Notes: a model not told the origin generated them from the sequence alone. Counted from the first letter of the stretch, positions 9,386-19,274 are shown. The stretch is 64,000 nucleotides of DNA from Alphaproteobacteria bacterium (GCA_017539265.1 JAFYHG010000030.1:3878-67877), one strand, 5' to 3'. Made by a program: numbers and translations.

Positions 9386-9877
9386 ATGATAGAAGAATTA
9401 GTAGAAATAGGAGCGATGACGGTAGTGGGTGGAGGTATGATTTTTGGGGTGACCAATATATTCTATTATACGGAAGTTCATCACCGTCGTGCACAAAGGG
9501 TTGCCGCACTTAAGGATTTATCTCAAACGGAAAAGAAAGCATATCATCATTGGTTTTGTTATCCGTGCCATTGGGAAAACAAAAGGGCAAAGGCATTTGA
9601 TACAAGTGTGTTAAAACCGGATGTTACGCATGTCACGGTTAAACCGATGTGGCATTGCGATGGTGTCAGACAGGTAGTAATGGATACAACACGTGGTGAA
9701 CGGATACGTTATGTTCCTGCTTCTCATAATGAGGTTACGATAGAAACCCAAAAAGGTAAGGAAGTTTTTGATTTACGGCCGCCGCTTGCTCCAGGCCTTA
9801 AAATTGCCACGGCACCGGCACCGGTCGTTAACGGAACGAATACGTTGGCGGCTACTGCCCAAAACACACGTGAGTGA
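9386..9877 (+). CDS. paralog 2 of the HWFCxxC-motif protein
   Basis: YHHWFCYPCHWEN...KPMWHCDG aligns to the SHWFCGCCRKED...KPMCYHRG region of the upstream gene; RBS AAAGGAGG. Confidence 0.5.
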   Translation: MIEELVEIGAMTVVGGGMIFGVTNIFYYTEVHHRRAQRVAALKDLSQTEKKAYHHWFCYPCHWENKRAKAFDTSVLKPDVTHVTVKPMWHCDGVRQVVMDTTRGERIRYVPASHNEVTIETQKGKEVFDLRPPLAPGLKIATAPAPVVNGTNTLAATAQNTRE

Positions 9878-9904
9878 TTTTGAAAATCCGTTAATAAAAA
9901 ATAC

Positions 9905-9933
9905 TTGCATTTTGATTTAAAGTGTGGTAAAAT
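9905..9933 (+). promoter_or_regulatory. promoter TTGCAT-17-TAAAAT for the rpsF operon; a structured leader (imperfect about 12-bp hairpin, 9935-9977) follows
   Basis: hexamers and the inverted repeat CCCCCGCATCCGAT...ATCGGACGGGGG read directly. Confidence 0.4.
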
Positions 9934-10054
9934 CCCCCGCATCCGATAAATCCTTGCTCCCGCAAATCGGACGGGGGCTATGTTTCGGGCGTGTGAATCA
10001 TTAGGGTTCATTCGTATCAACAGAAACGAGATAATCCAAAAGGAGAGGTTAAAT

Positions 10055-10432
10055 ATGCCTTTTTATGAAAACGTATTCGTGGCTCGTCAGGATTTAACAC
10101 CGGCTAAAGTCACGGAACTGACAAACAAATTTGCCGCCGCTATTGAAGCCAAGGGCGGTAAAGTGACAAAACGCGAAGACTGGGGTCTGCGCAATTTGGC
10201 TTACAAAATTCAAAAAAACCGCAAAGGTTATTATACTTTAATGAACATTGACGCACCGGCCGAAGCCGTTGTGGAAATGGAACGTTTGATGCGCTTGGAC
10301 GAAAATTTGCTCCGCTATCTGACGGTTAAAGTAAAAGCCTTAGAAGAAGGCCCGTCGGCCATGTTGGAATCCAAATCCAAAAAAGTTAAAGCCGATGATA
10401 AATATGAAATTGATATCGCGGAAGGAGAATAA
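10055..10432 (+). CDS. rpsF: 30S ribosomal protein S6
   Basis: MPFYENVFVARQDLTP...; ATG at 10055 with RBS AGGAGAGG (the ORF-track start at 9980 is upstream and in-frame). Confidence 0.95.
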   Translation: MPFYENVFVARQDLTPAKVTELTNKFAAAIEAKGGKVTKREDWGLRNLAYKIQKNRKGYYTLMNIDAPAEAVVEMERLMRLDENLLRYLTVKVKALEEGPSAMLESKSKKVKADDKYEIDIAEGE

Positions 10433-10435
10433 AAG

Positions 10436-10666
10436 ATGGCTGAAAAAAGTTCTTTCTATCATCATAAAAAAGCCTGCCAATTCTGTGCAGAAGGTATTGA
10501 TGAAATCGATTACAAAGATATCAAATTGCTCAGTCGCTTTGTTACCGAACGGGGAAAAATGGTTCCCGCCAGAGTGTCGGCGACTTGTGCCAAACATCAA
10601 CGCAGCGTTTCCCGTGCCATTAAACGGGCTCGCTATTTGGCTTTAATGCCATTTATCACAGACTAG
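10436..10666 (+). CDS. rpsR: 30S ribosomal protein S18
   Basis: conserved S18 sequence ...[15 protein letters not shown]...ARYLALMPF. Confidence 0.95.
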   Translation: MAEKSSFYHHKKACQFCAEGIDEIDYKDIKLLSRFVTERGKMVPARVSATCAKHQRSVSRAIKRARYLALMPFITD

Positions 10667-10676
10667 GAGGTTCGCT

Positions 10677-11243
10677 ATGGAAGTTATTTTATTAGAACGA
10701 ATTGAACGTCTGGGGCAAATGGGTGATGTTGTTAATGTGAAAAACGGTTATGCCCGTAACTATTTGTTACCGCAGAAAAAAGCTTTGCGTAAAACAAAAG
10801 ACAATATGGCTTTCTTTGAATCCAAACGCAAAGAATACGAAGCCCGCAACCTGAAAATGAAGGAAGATGCCGAGGCTTTAGCCAAGAAATTGGAAGGTCT
10901 GTCCGTTGTAATCGTGCGTCAAGCCGCCGAAACAGGACAACTTTACCGTTCTGTTACAATGCGTGACATTTGTGAAGCTGTGCGTGATGCCGGTTTCCAT
11001 ATTGAACGGTCTCAAATCGTTTTGAACCAACCGTTTAAGAACTTGGGTATCTTTGATGTGAAGTTATCGCTTCATCCGGATGTGGCTCAAACCGTGCGCG
11101 TGAATATTGCACGTTCCGAAGAAGAAGCCAAACGGGCAACTCAAAAGAAAGCCCCGAAGACTCCGAAAACGGAAAAAGCGGCTAAGGCTGAAAAGGCTGA
11201 AAAACCGGCAGAACAACCGGCAGAAGAAGCCAAAGCCGAATAA
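10677..11243 (+). CDS. rplI: 50S ribosomal protein L9
   Basis: MEVILLERIERLGQMGDVVNVKNGYARNYLLP... Confidence 0.95.
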   Translation: MEVILLERIERLGQMGDVVNVKNGYARNYLLPQKKALRKTKDNMAFFESKRKEYEARNLKMKEDAEALAKKLEGLSVVIVRQAAETGQLYRSVTMRDICEAVRDAGFHIERSQIVLNQPFKNLGIFDVKLSLHPDVAQTVRVNIARSEEEAKRATQKKAPKTPKTEKAAKAEKAEKPAEQPAEEAKAE

Positions 11244-11257
11244 GGCTTACTATTTCA

Positions 11258-11285
11258 GAAAAGCCCCCTTTTCGGGGGCTTTTCC
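11258..11285. terminator. bidirectional intrinsic terminator between convergent rplI and cstA-like genes
   Basis: AAAAGCCCCC-ttttc-GGGGGCTTTT perfect hairpin flanked by A/T runs. Confidence 0.65.
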
Positions 11286-12683
11286 TTATGCTTTTCGTGT
11301 GCGATAAAAATAGAGCCCTAAAACACCGGCGGCAATAATGATTCCCAGAATTCTTGCGGTATTTAGGGATAGGTTAAATAAAATCGGCGCATATCCTAAA
11401 TAGGTTCCACAAACGGCCGTAATAAACAGAGCCGGTAGGATGGCTATCCATTCATTCTTTCCTTTTTCATGCAAATAAAGTGCTCCGACCCACAGCATAA
11501 TACAGGCTAATAATTGGTTTGCCCACCCGAAATAAAGCCAAATCTTATTCAAATTAATAAAGGCCATAAAAGTTGCCAATCCTAAAATAGCCGCACTGAA
11601 AATCAGGCGTTTGAGAATATTTTTTTGATCTGCCTTCAAAAAATCCGCAAGTGATAATCTGGCGGATCTGAGGGCTGTATCGCCTGTGGTAATTGCCAAA
11701 AAAATTACCGATAAAATGGCCAGTAAACCGCCGAAATTGCCTAAAAAAGATTTGGATATTTCGGATACAACGGCACCGGCATTTCCGCTTTCTCCCAAAG
11801 CCGCACTCAGGCCCGCCGTTCCTTTATAAAAAGCAATCCCGAGGGTCGCCCAGATCAGAGCAATAAAGCCTTCTAAAATCATAGCTCCGTAAAAAATCGG
11901 GCGGCTGTATTTTTCATTTGTCAAACATCTGGCCATCATGGGGGATTGGGTGGCGTGGAAACCGCTTAGGGCCCCACAGGCAATCGTGATAAACATGATG
12001 GGAAAAATCGGTTTTCCTTTCGGATGTTGATTTAAGGTATGAAGATCGGGGTAAAAATCAATTCCTTTTGTAAACAGAACCCCTAATAATAAGATGGTTG
12101 AAATAATTAAACAGGCCCCGAAAATCGGATAAAACCGGCCGATGATTTTATCAATCGGCAACAGGGTTGCCAGGAAATAATAACCGAAAATAATTGCCAA
12201 CCATCCCTCAAATGGGATATGTGTCATGTTTGATAATAATCGGGCCGGTATCTGACCGAAAATTGAACCGACTAAAGTTAACAGTAATACCAAGAGTATT
12301 AAAAATAAAGCATGGAAAGCCTTACCAAAATACTTTTGGATAAAGGCCGTCATGGTAGAACCCCCGTTCCTAAGGGAAATGACACCTGCAAGCATATCAT
12401 GCACGCCGCCCGCAAATATTGAGCCCAGCACAATCCAAAACAGGCATACCGGCCCGTATAGAGCCCCTAAAATTGCACCAAACACGGGGCCTAGCCCCGC
12501 TATATTTAAGAATTGAATCAAAAAAATCTTACCGGGTTTCATCGGTACAAAATCTACCCCGTCTGCCATTGTTTGTGCCGGTGTCGGGTTTTTGGGATTT
12601 ATTCCCAGAATTTTTTCAACAAACAAACCGTAAACGGCATATCCGCCGATTAATAATAATGTCGCCAATAGAAATATTGTCAT
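11286..12683 (-). CDS. cstA: carbon starvation protein CstA family (peptide/pyruvate transporter), short form
   Basis: polytopic membrane protein; N-terminal ...DGVDFVPMKP...IQFLNIAGLGPVFGAILGALYGP matches CstA. Confidence 0.65.
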   Translation of the reverse strand: MTIFLLATLLLIGGYAVYGLFVEKILGINPKNPTPAQTMADGVDFVPMKPGKIFLIQFLNIAGLGPVFGAILGALYGPVCLFWIVLGSIFAGGVHDMLAGVISLRNGGSTMTAFIQKYFGKAFHALFLILLVLLLTLVGSIFGQIPARLLSNMTHIPFEGWLAIIFGYYFLATLLPIDKIIGRFYPIFGACLIISTILLLGVLFTKGIDFYPDLHTLNQHPKGKPIFPIMFITIACGALSGFHATQSPMMARCLTNEKYSRPIFYGAMILEGFIALIWATLGIAFYKGTAGLSAALGESGNAGAVVSEISKSFLGNFGGLLAILSVIFLAITTGDTALRSARLSLADFLKADQKNILKRLIFSAAILGLATFMAFINLNKIWLYFGWANQLLACIMLWVGALYLHEKGKNEWIAILPALFITAVCGTYLGYAPILFNLSLNTARILGIIIAAGVLGLYFYRTRKA

Positions 12684-13009
12684 CTTATTCTCCTTTGTGA
12701 ATAGCCGTTATTCTACGCCCTTTTCAACCGATATGCAACAAAAAAATAAGAGGGTATGCGAATCGATTAAGAGATTTTACCCGTTCAAAAATAAGATTTT
12801 TTTTGTTTAAAAATGGTGCTCGGTTAAAATTGAAAAAAGAAATATTTTTTGAAATTTTTTTCTTAGGATGATTAAAATCACAAAATGTGGTTTTAAAGAT
12901 ACTAGATTTTGCGCTAAAAAAAATAATATGCTCAAAAATGAAAAAAGAGGTTGTCTTTTTCGTTTTTTTTTGGTTAAGATGAAGTGTCAAAAAAAAGAAG
13001 GATTTTTAT

Positions 13010-14455
13010 ATGGAATTATCACAGGACATGATAAAGGACCAATGGAAACGGGTTTGTTCCCGTATCCAACAATCCGAATCCAGCCGATTCGCGGTTAGGT
13101 GGTTGTCCAAGATTGTTCCGGATAAGATGACGGATGGTGAAGTCTCTTTATTGGTGCCGTCGCCTTGTATTCATGAATTGGTAAAACAAAATTATGCCGA
13201 TCAGATTTTATCTTTGTGGCGAGAAGAAAATGCGGATATTTGCGGGCTTGACCTAAAATTGGCGCAAAATGCGGTTGCAGAGTTACCCCTGAATACCCCG
13301 GCGGTTTTAAAACCTGTTTCTAAAAAGCCTCTTATAAATATAGAATCCGAACCTGCGGACGATTTACCGCGTTCTATTTTAAATCCGAAATATACCTTTG
13401 ATACTTTTGTAGTCGGTTCTGCTAATCAATTTGCCTGTGCCGCTGCCCGTAAAATCGCCGAAGATGATTCGGTTGCGTTTAATCCGCTTTATATTCATGG
13501 GGGCTCAGGCCTTGGAAAGACACATTTAATGCAGGCTGTTGCCTGGCGAATTAAGGAAAGATGTCCGGATAAAAATGTACTTTATTTATCTTCCGAACAA
13601 TTCTTCCTTTGCTTTATGAAAGCGCTACGTGAAAATCGGACGAATAATCGGTATGAGGGAACAGCCAGATTTCAAGATATTTTCCGCTCGGTAGACGTTT
13701 TGATGATTGACGATATTCAATTCTTGTGCGGTAAAGATCGGACACAGGAAGAATTTTTTAATACATTTAATTATTTAATTTCTCGGGGTAAAAAAGTTAT
13801 TTTATCGGCTGATTCATCGCCGCAGGATTTGCGTGCGGTGGAAGAAAGACTTAAAAGTAAATCCGATATTTTGGGCGTGGCCGACAGGTTAAAAACCCGT
13901 TTGGCGCAAGGTCTTATTGTTGATGTTTTACCGCCGGATTATGAATTGCGTTTGGGTATTTTACAAGAAAAAGTTAAGTCCGTATCTATGCCTGTACCTG
14001 ATGATGTACTGGATTTCTTGGCCAAGAATATAACATCCAATGTTCGAGAATTGGAAGGTGCCCTTAAACGTATTGTTGCCCATGCGGAACTTATTGGGGA
14101 TCCGATTAACATTTCCACAACGCGGTCGGTGTTAAAGGATTTACTCAAAATATCCGATAAGCCCATTTCTATGCTTGAAATTCAATATGCAGTTTGCGGG
14201 CATTATCAGATTGGTTTGTCCGATTTAAAATCGACGCGGCGTGAGCGTAAAATTGCCCGTCCGCGGCAACTGGCAATGTATTTAGCAAAGGTTTTGACAC
14301 CACTGTCGTTACCCGATATCGGTAAGGCTTTCGGACGGGACCATACAACAGTTATGCATGCCGTTAAAACAATGGAAGATTTAATTTGTCGGGATAAGTC
14401 CGTTGCGGGTGATGCGGATATTTTAACCCGTCGCCTTAAAGGAGAGCCCGTTTGA
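13010..14455 (+). CDS. dnaA: chromosomal replication initiator DnaA
   Basis: Walker A GSGLGKTHL, IDDIQFL box VII, C-terminal DNA-binding domain. Confidence 0.95.
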   Translation: MELSQDMIKDQWKRVCSRIQQSESSRFAVRWLSKIVPDKMTDGEVSLLVPSPCIHELVKQNYADQILSLWREENADICGLDLKLAQNAVAELPLNTPAVLKPVSKKPLINIESEPADDLPRSILNPKYTFDTFVVGSANQFACAAARKIAEDDSVAFNPLYIHGGSGLGKTHLMQAVAWRIKERCPDKNVLYLSSEQFFLCFMKALRENRTNNRYEGTARFQDIFRSVDVLMIDDIQFLCGKDRTQEEFFNTFNYLISRGKKVILSADSSPQDLRAVEERLKSKSDILGVADRLKTRLAQGLIVDVLPPDYELRLGILQEKVKSVSMPVPDDVLDFLAKNITSNVRELEGALKRIVAHAELIGDPINISTTRSVLKDLLKISDKPISMLEIQYAVCGHYQIGLSDLKSTRRERKIARPRQLAMYLAKVLTPLSLPDIGKAFGRDHTTVMHAVKTMEDLICRDKSVAGDADILTRRLKGEPV

Positions 14456-14889
14456 CCGCTTTTAACAATCCGTTTTTATTAGGCTTTGATGAAATAGAGG
14501 GAATGCTTAATCGCATCACAAAGAGTGCAGAGGGCTTTCCCCCTTATAATATTGAACAACTGACGCCGGATTTACTTCGAATCACTTTGGCTGTTGCCGG
14601 ATATGGAGCATCGGATTTGGAAATGACGCTGGAAGATAATCAACTGATGATTCGGGGGCGTCAAAATCAAGGAGCCGAACATCATTACCTTTATCGCGGT
14701 ATTGCGGCGCGATCGTTTATTAAATCCTTTGTGTTGGCTGATGGGATGACGGTTGCCGGGGCGTCTTTGGAAAATGGGCTGTTATCCATAGATTTAAAAA
14801 AGCCGATTAAAAAATCCCATGTGCAACGTATTCAAATTAAGACAAAAACAAATCCTGTCTTAATCGATGCCGGTCGGAGGAAGAAATAA
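14452..14889 (+). CDS. Hsp20/alpha-crystallin family small heat-shock protein (IbpA-like)
   Basis: GFPPYNIE...AVAG motif aligns with IbpA from the N-terminus; TTG start overlapping the dnaA TGA (TTTGA); strong RBS AAGGAGAG 7 nt upstream. Confidence 0.85.
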   Translation: MTAFNNPFLLGFDEIEGMLNRITKSAEGFPPYNIEQLTPDLLRITLAVAGYGASDLEMTLEDNQLMIRGRQNQGAEHHYLYRGIAARSFIKSFVLADGMTVAGASLENGLLSIDLKKPIKKSHVQRIQIKTKTNPVLIDAGRRKK

Positions 14890-15113
14890 TGGATGATTTA
14901 GAACTGACCGAATGGGATGATTTTGAAGGGGATTTTCTTCTAAGTGATGATGATATAGGCGAGGGTGCGTATATCAAACGGGAAGTTGTTCATTTTCGGC
15001 CGGTGTATCGTGTATATGATACGGAAGGGCAGTTATTGGCTGAAGCCTCCTCCAGATACGAAGCTTTTTTAATGATTCGGCGTAATGATTTAACGCCCTA
15101 TGACGTTCATTAA
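14889..15113 (+). CDS. small acidic protein, DUF1150-like (candidate; family name recalled from memory)
   Basis: 74 aa; ATG overlaps the hsp20 stop (TAATG); RBS GGAGGAAG. Confidence 0.45.
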   Translation: MDDLELTEWDDFEGDFLLSDDDIGEGAYIKREVVHFRPVYRVYDTEGQLLAEASSRYEAFLMIRRNDLTPYDVH

Positions 15114-15259
15114 AAAAATTATAAAAAATACAAAAAGGTATTGATTTTGGAAAAAGAGTGTGCTAGGGAAAGAATGTATGGTGATTTTCGGGTGCCCTAA
15201 AAGGGGATCAAGGAATCGATTTATATAACAATATTAGTATTAAAAGGGATAAAAACAAA

Positions 15260-15718
15260 ATGAAAAAAACAAATGAATCCGGCCGTTCTATGGTCGAAAT
15301 GTTGGGTGTGCTCGCCATTATCGGTGTTCTGTCCATCGGTGGTATCGCCGGCTATACTTTGGCGATGAATCGTTATCGTGCCAATGAAATCTTAAATGCA
15401 GCAGCTTTGGTCGCCATCGCGGCAACCTCTGCAGAAGGTGGTTCGGGCGCGACAAGAACTTTGGCTGAATTAGGCGGTAAGGAAGCGATTACATTGCCGG
15501 CCATTGATGATGATAGTGATATTACCGGTTATGCAAACGGCCATGTACTCATTAAAGTGAATAAAGAGTATCCGAAAGTAGCTGAACTTGTTTTTAAATT
15601 GTCGGGTAATCGTTCAATTTTACCTGCTCCTGGTTCTACTTTAGTATGCGTTGGTACTGCTGAGGGTAAATGTGAAATAGAACTTGATATGTCTGCTTCC
15701 GTGAAGAAATCTTCATAA
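15260..15718 (+). CDS. prepilin-type N-terminal cleavage/methylation domain protein (type IV pilin-like), orphan
   Basis: N-terminus ...G/RSMVEMLGVLAIIGVLSIGGIAGY with Gly at -1 and Glu at +5 and a hydrophobic helix; unusual Arg at +1. Confidence 0.5.
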   Translation: MKKTNESGRSMVEMLGVLAIIGVLSIGGIAGYTLAMNRYRANEILNAAALVAIAATSAEGGSGATRTLAELGGKEAITLPAIDDDSDITGYANGHVLIKVNKEYPKVAELVFKLSGNRSILPAPGSTLVCVGTAEGKCEIELDMSASVKKSS

Positions 15719-15771
15719 GGGTTAACCTATGGATAAAAAGGCGCCCCTGTTTGGGGGCGTCTTTTATATAG

Positions 15772-16530
15772 TTAAGGTTTTAAAATACATTCAGAATTTA
15801 CCCATTCCCGGTTGGGGCAACGGTTGCATTCATCTTGTGTTGAAATGACATTATCTTTTGTTTTACAGGAAAGACAAGAATTGTTTCCGATAAACTTATT
15901 TTTTTGATTATGGCATTTTTGTTCAAATTCGGGTGTCGGTGTTAAGATTTCTTTTGATAAATCTATATATTTATCATATTCGTACCATGGATTCCCCAGA
16001 ACGGCCCGAGGCCAAGATAGCGTAATTAAATCTAATGAGTCATATATGATTCCTGTGACTAGCCCGCCAACAGCGAAATAAGCACTTGTGAATGGGGCAA
16101 AAATATAACACCATGGGCTATCATCATCACCGGACAGTTCAAAAGGCAATTTTGCGCCCCCTATAGCCCCCTCAATGGGCATTACGATGGTTTGTGTCGG
16201 GGGTAATGCCCGCCATGCAGAATACTCTTCAAACACAGATTCCTTTGAATTTCTTTTCTTTACGGAGTGTTGAGCCCACTTGTCATCCGTCCAATGGCTT
16301 TTGATTTCAATTTCCTTGCTTTGGAATCCTTTTTTAAAAAGAGTCCCTTTTAAAGAACCAAATTCCCGATTTACGATAATTTCAGGCGAAACAACGTCCC
16401 CGTAATTTTCAAGTGTGAGGCTCATTTCGGGGGATTTTTCGAAATAAATAGATTGCGTCTTTTCATGAAAATTAGGTGAAAAGCAACCGCTTAACATTAA
16501 AGGTAAAAAGATAAGAAAAGATTTTTTCAT
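15772..16530 (-). CDS. hypothetical lipoprotein with a Cys-rich C-terminus
   Basis: lipobox MLSGC; C-terminal CLSCK...CNRCP...C. Confidence 0.45.
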   Translation of the reverse strand: MKKSFLIFLPLMLSGCFSPNFHEKTQSIYFEKSPEMSLTLENYGDVVSPEIIVNREFGSLKGTLFKKGFQSKEIEIKSHWTDDKWAQHSVKKRNSKESVFEEYSAWRALPPTQTIVMPIEGAIGGAKLPFELSGDDDSPWCYIFAPFTSAYFAVGGLVTGIIYDSLDLITLSWPRAVLGNPWYEYDKYIDLSKEILTPTPEFEQKCHNQKNKFIGNNSCLSCKTKDNVISTQDECNRCPNREWVNSECILKP

Positions 16531-16538
16531 GATGGGTT

Positions 16539-18326
16539 CTATTCATCCCCGATTTTTAGGGCTTCAATAAAGGCGTTTTGCGGGATTTCCACTTCGCCGA
16601 ATTGACGCATCCGCTTTTTCCCTTCTTTCTGTTTTTCCAAGAGTTTCCGTTTTCGCGTAATATCACCGCCGTAGCATTTTGCGGTTACGTCTTTACGGAA
16701 AGCGGAAATATCCTCGCGCGCGATAATCTTTCCGCCGATACTGGCCTGAATGGGGATTTTAAACTGATGGCGGGGGATTAGGTCTTTTAATCGTTCACAA
16801 ATTTGCCGTCCACGCCGTTCGGCTTGCGATCGATGGGCAAGGAATGCTAAAGCATCTACTTGTTCTCCATGCACCATGATATTAACGCGTACCAAGTCAC
16901 TGGCGGCATATTCTGCCAATTCATAATCGAAACTGGCATATCCGCGGGAAATGGATTTTAGTCTGTCATAAAAATCAAACACGATTTCATTTAAGGGTAA
17001 ATCATACACCACCATGGCCCGATCTCCCACATAGGTCAAGTCTTTTTGCACTCCCCGTCGTTCGGTGCAGAGTTGCAGAATACTGCCCAAGTATTCATCC
17101 GGTGTCATGATGGTAGCGCGTACCCATGGTTCTTCAATTTTTGAAATACGGGTCACATCCGGCATATCGGCGGGGTTATGCATTGTAATCATTTCCCCGT
17201 TTGTTAAATAGACCTTATAGGCCACACTCGGCGCTGTGGTAATCAGGTCCAAATTAAATTCGCGTGAGAGGCGTTCCTGAATAATTTCCATATGCAACAG
17301 GCCCAAGAAGCCACATCGAAATCCTTGCCCCAAGGCCATGGATTTATCGGGTGTAAATTCAAAACTTGCGTCATTCAGTTGTAATTTCGCCAGCGATTCC
17401 TTTAAGTTTTCATAATCACTCATATCCACGGGGAAGAGTGAACAAAACACAACCGACAAACTGGGTTTAAAGCCGGGCAGAGGATCATTTGTGGGATTTT
17501 TCTCATCGGTAATGGTATCTCCGACCCGTGTCTCTCCGATAGATTTAATGCCGCAAATGACAAAGCCCAATTCCCCTGTCCCGATTTCTGATGTATCCGC
17601 CATTTTTGGGGTAAAGTACCCGCATCGTTCCACTCGATAGGTTGCTTTTGTGGCCATCATTTGAATGCTCATCCCTTTTTTTAGGACGCCATCTACAATA
17701 CGCACCAAAACCACAATTCCCAGATACGGATCATACCACGAATCGACAAGCATAGCCTTTAACGGCGCATTCATATCTCCTTTTGGGGCCGGTAGGCGAT
17801 TTACAATTGTTTCCAACACTTCATCAATACCGATACCCGTTTTTGCCGAAATCAGGGGGGCATCCGCGGCATCGATACCGATAACATCTTCTATCTGTTG
17901 TTTGACACGTTCGGGTTCCGCTGCCGGCAGGTCAATTTTATTGATTACCGGAACGATTTCATGATTGGCATCAAGGGCTTTATAGACATTTGCCAATGTT
18001 TGGGCTTCCACCCCTTGGGAAGCATCTACAACCAATAAAGAACCTTCACAGGCCGCCAAGGATCGGCTGACTTCATACCCGAAGTCCACATGCCCCGGTG
18101 TGTCGATTAAGTTTAGAATATAGTCCTTATATTTCAACCGCACCGTTTGGGCTTTGATAGTGATACCGCGTTCACGCTCAATATCCATATTGTCCAAAAG
18201 CTGTTCTTTCATTTCCCGATCGGAAACGGCCCCGCATTTTTGGATTAGGCGGTCGGCCAAAGTACTTTTTCCGTGGTCGATATGGGCCACGATGGAAAAA
18301 TTTCGAATATGTGATAAATCTGTCAT
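16539..18326 (-). CDS. lepA: elongation factor 4 (LepA) GTPase
   Basis: [10 protein letters not shown]1 motif and full-length LepA similarity. Confidence 0.95.
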   Translation of the reverse strand: MTDLSHIRNFSIVAHIDHGKSTLADRLIQKCGAVSDREMKEQLLDNMDIERERGITIKAQTVRLKYKDYILNLIDTPGHVDFGYEVSRSLAACEGSLLVVDASQGVEAQTLANVYKALDANHEIVPVINKIDLPAAEPERVKQQIEDVIGIDAADAPLISAKTGIGIDEVLETIVNRLPAPKGDMNAPLKAMLVDSWYDPYLGIVVLVRIVDGVLKKGMSIQMMATKATYRVERCGYFTPKMADTSEIGTGELGFVICGIKSIGETRVGDTITDEKNPTNDPLPGFKPSLSVVFCSLFPVDMSDYENLKESLAKLQLNDASFEFTPDKSMALGQGFRCGFLGLLHMEIIQERLSREFNLDLITTAPSVAYKVYLTNGEMITMHNPADMPDVTRISKIEEPWVRATIMTPDEYLGSILQLCTERRGVQKDLTYVGDRAMVVYDLPLNEIVFDFYDRLKSISRGYASFDYELAEYAASDLVRVNIMVHGEQVDALAFLAHRSQAERRGRQICERLKDLIPRHQFKIPIQASIGGKIIAREDISAFRKDVTAKCYGGDITRKRKLLEKQKEGKKRMRQFGEVEIPQNAFIEALKIGDE

Positions 18327-18358
18327 GCGCCAGACTTTATCAGAAAATCACCCAAAAA

Positions 18359-19273
18359 TCAAGTGCCGGATAACTTTTTCCTTAAGGATTTAAACCCCAA
18401 ATACCCCATAGCCAAAATAAACGGCACGAAATAGTAAAAAATGCGGAAGAGGATAAGGCTTGCCAAAATGCCGCTTTTCTGGACACCGATGTGGGGAAAA
18501 AGATACAAAAAAGCCCCCTCAAAAACCCCGATACCTCCGGGTACCTGTGCCATAAATCCGATACTTTGGGCAATAATGAAAATGCTGAAAGTTTCCAAAA
18601 ATGACGCATTTAAATGATATCGCAAAAAAGTATAGAAAATCAAAAATAAAGAGATATTGTCCCCAAGGCCGATTATAATTTGTTTTATCGTCATTTTTAG
18701 GGTCGGTGCCGGTAAGGTTATCCTTTTGATACGAAATTTTCTGTGCGGAATTACAATTCCCCCGATGTAAAGGGCCATTAAAATCACTAGCCCGATTCCG
18801 ACGGCATAAAATCCGTCTTTGAAAGGGAAATCCTCCCACGGCATTAAGCCTATCGCCAATATAAAGCCGAGCATGATGCCGATGAAAACGGTTAATGTTT
18901 CAAACAAAATCATTTTTAAAATTTTTGTTTGGGAAATGCCCCAGGGCATATAAAACCAATATCGGATGGCTCCTCCCGCGGCATACGTATGACCGGTGGT
19001 ATTGCCGAAAGCAAAACTGATACCGGCGGCTTTAAAGACCTTTTTATAGGCTAGCTTTTTTCCGATATAGCAAAGGGCTAATTCATCATATCCCGATAGA
19101 ATAAAATAGTTGATTAAAACTCCGATTCCGGCAATTCCCATCACCCATATCGGTGTATTTTGCATTAGGTCGATTAAATTTTTGGTCCCCACGGTTCGGA
19201 CTTCTTTTTCGATTATCCAAACAGCCAGTAAAAAGAATCCCCAAGTAATGATTTTTATAATTCTGTTTAGCAT
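18359..19273 (-). CDS. polytopic membrane protein, lysylphosphatidylglycerol-synthase TM-domain-like (UPF0104) family
   Basis: about 8 predicted TM helices, 304 aa; resemblance to the MprF flippase-domain family. Confidence 0.4.
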   Translation of the reverse strand: MLNRIIKIITWGFFLLAVWIIEKEVRTVGTKNLIDLMQNTPIWVMGIAGIGVLINYFILSGYDELALCYIGKKLAYKKVFKAAGISFAFGNTTGHTYAAGGAIRYWFYMPWGISQTKILKMILFETLTVFIGIMLGFILAIGLMPWEDFPFKDGFYAVGIGLVILMALYIGGIVIPHRKFRIKRITLPAPTLKMTIKQIIIGLGDNISLFLIFYTFLRYHLNASFLETFSIFIIAQSIGFMAQVPGGIGVFEGAFLYLFPHIGVQKSGILASLILFRIFYYFVPFILAMGYLGFKSLRKKLSGT

Positions 19274-19274
19274 T

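Noticed and set aside
10340-10646. ORFs overlapping rpsF and rpsR in other frames (10340-10600 minus, 10395-10646 plus)
   Set aside because: They lie inside highly conserved ribosomal protein genes; spurious.
12724-12990. 88-aa minus-strand ORF in the dnaA upstream spacer
   Set aside because: Extremely AT-rich with a Lys/Phe/Ile-rich low-complexity translation; typical spurious ORF in a promoter/origin-like region.
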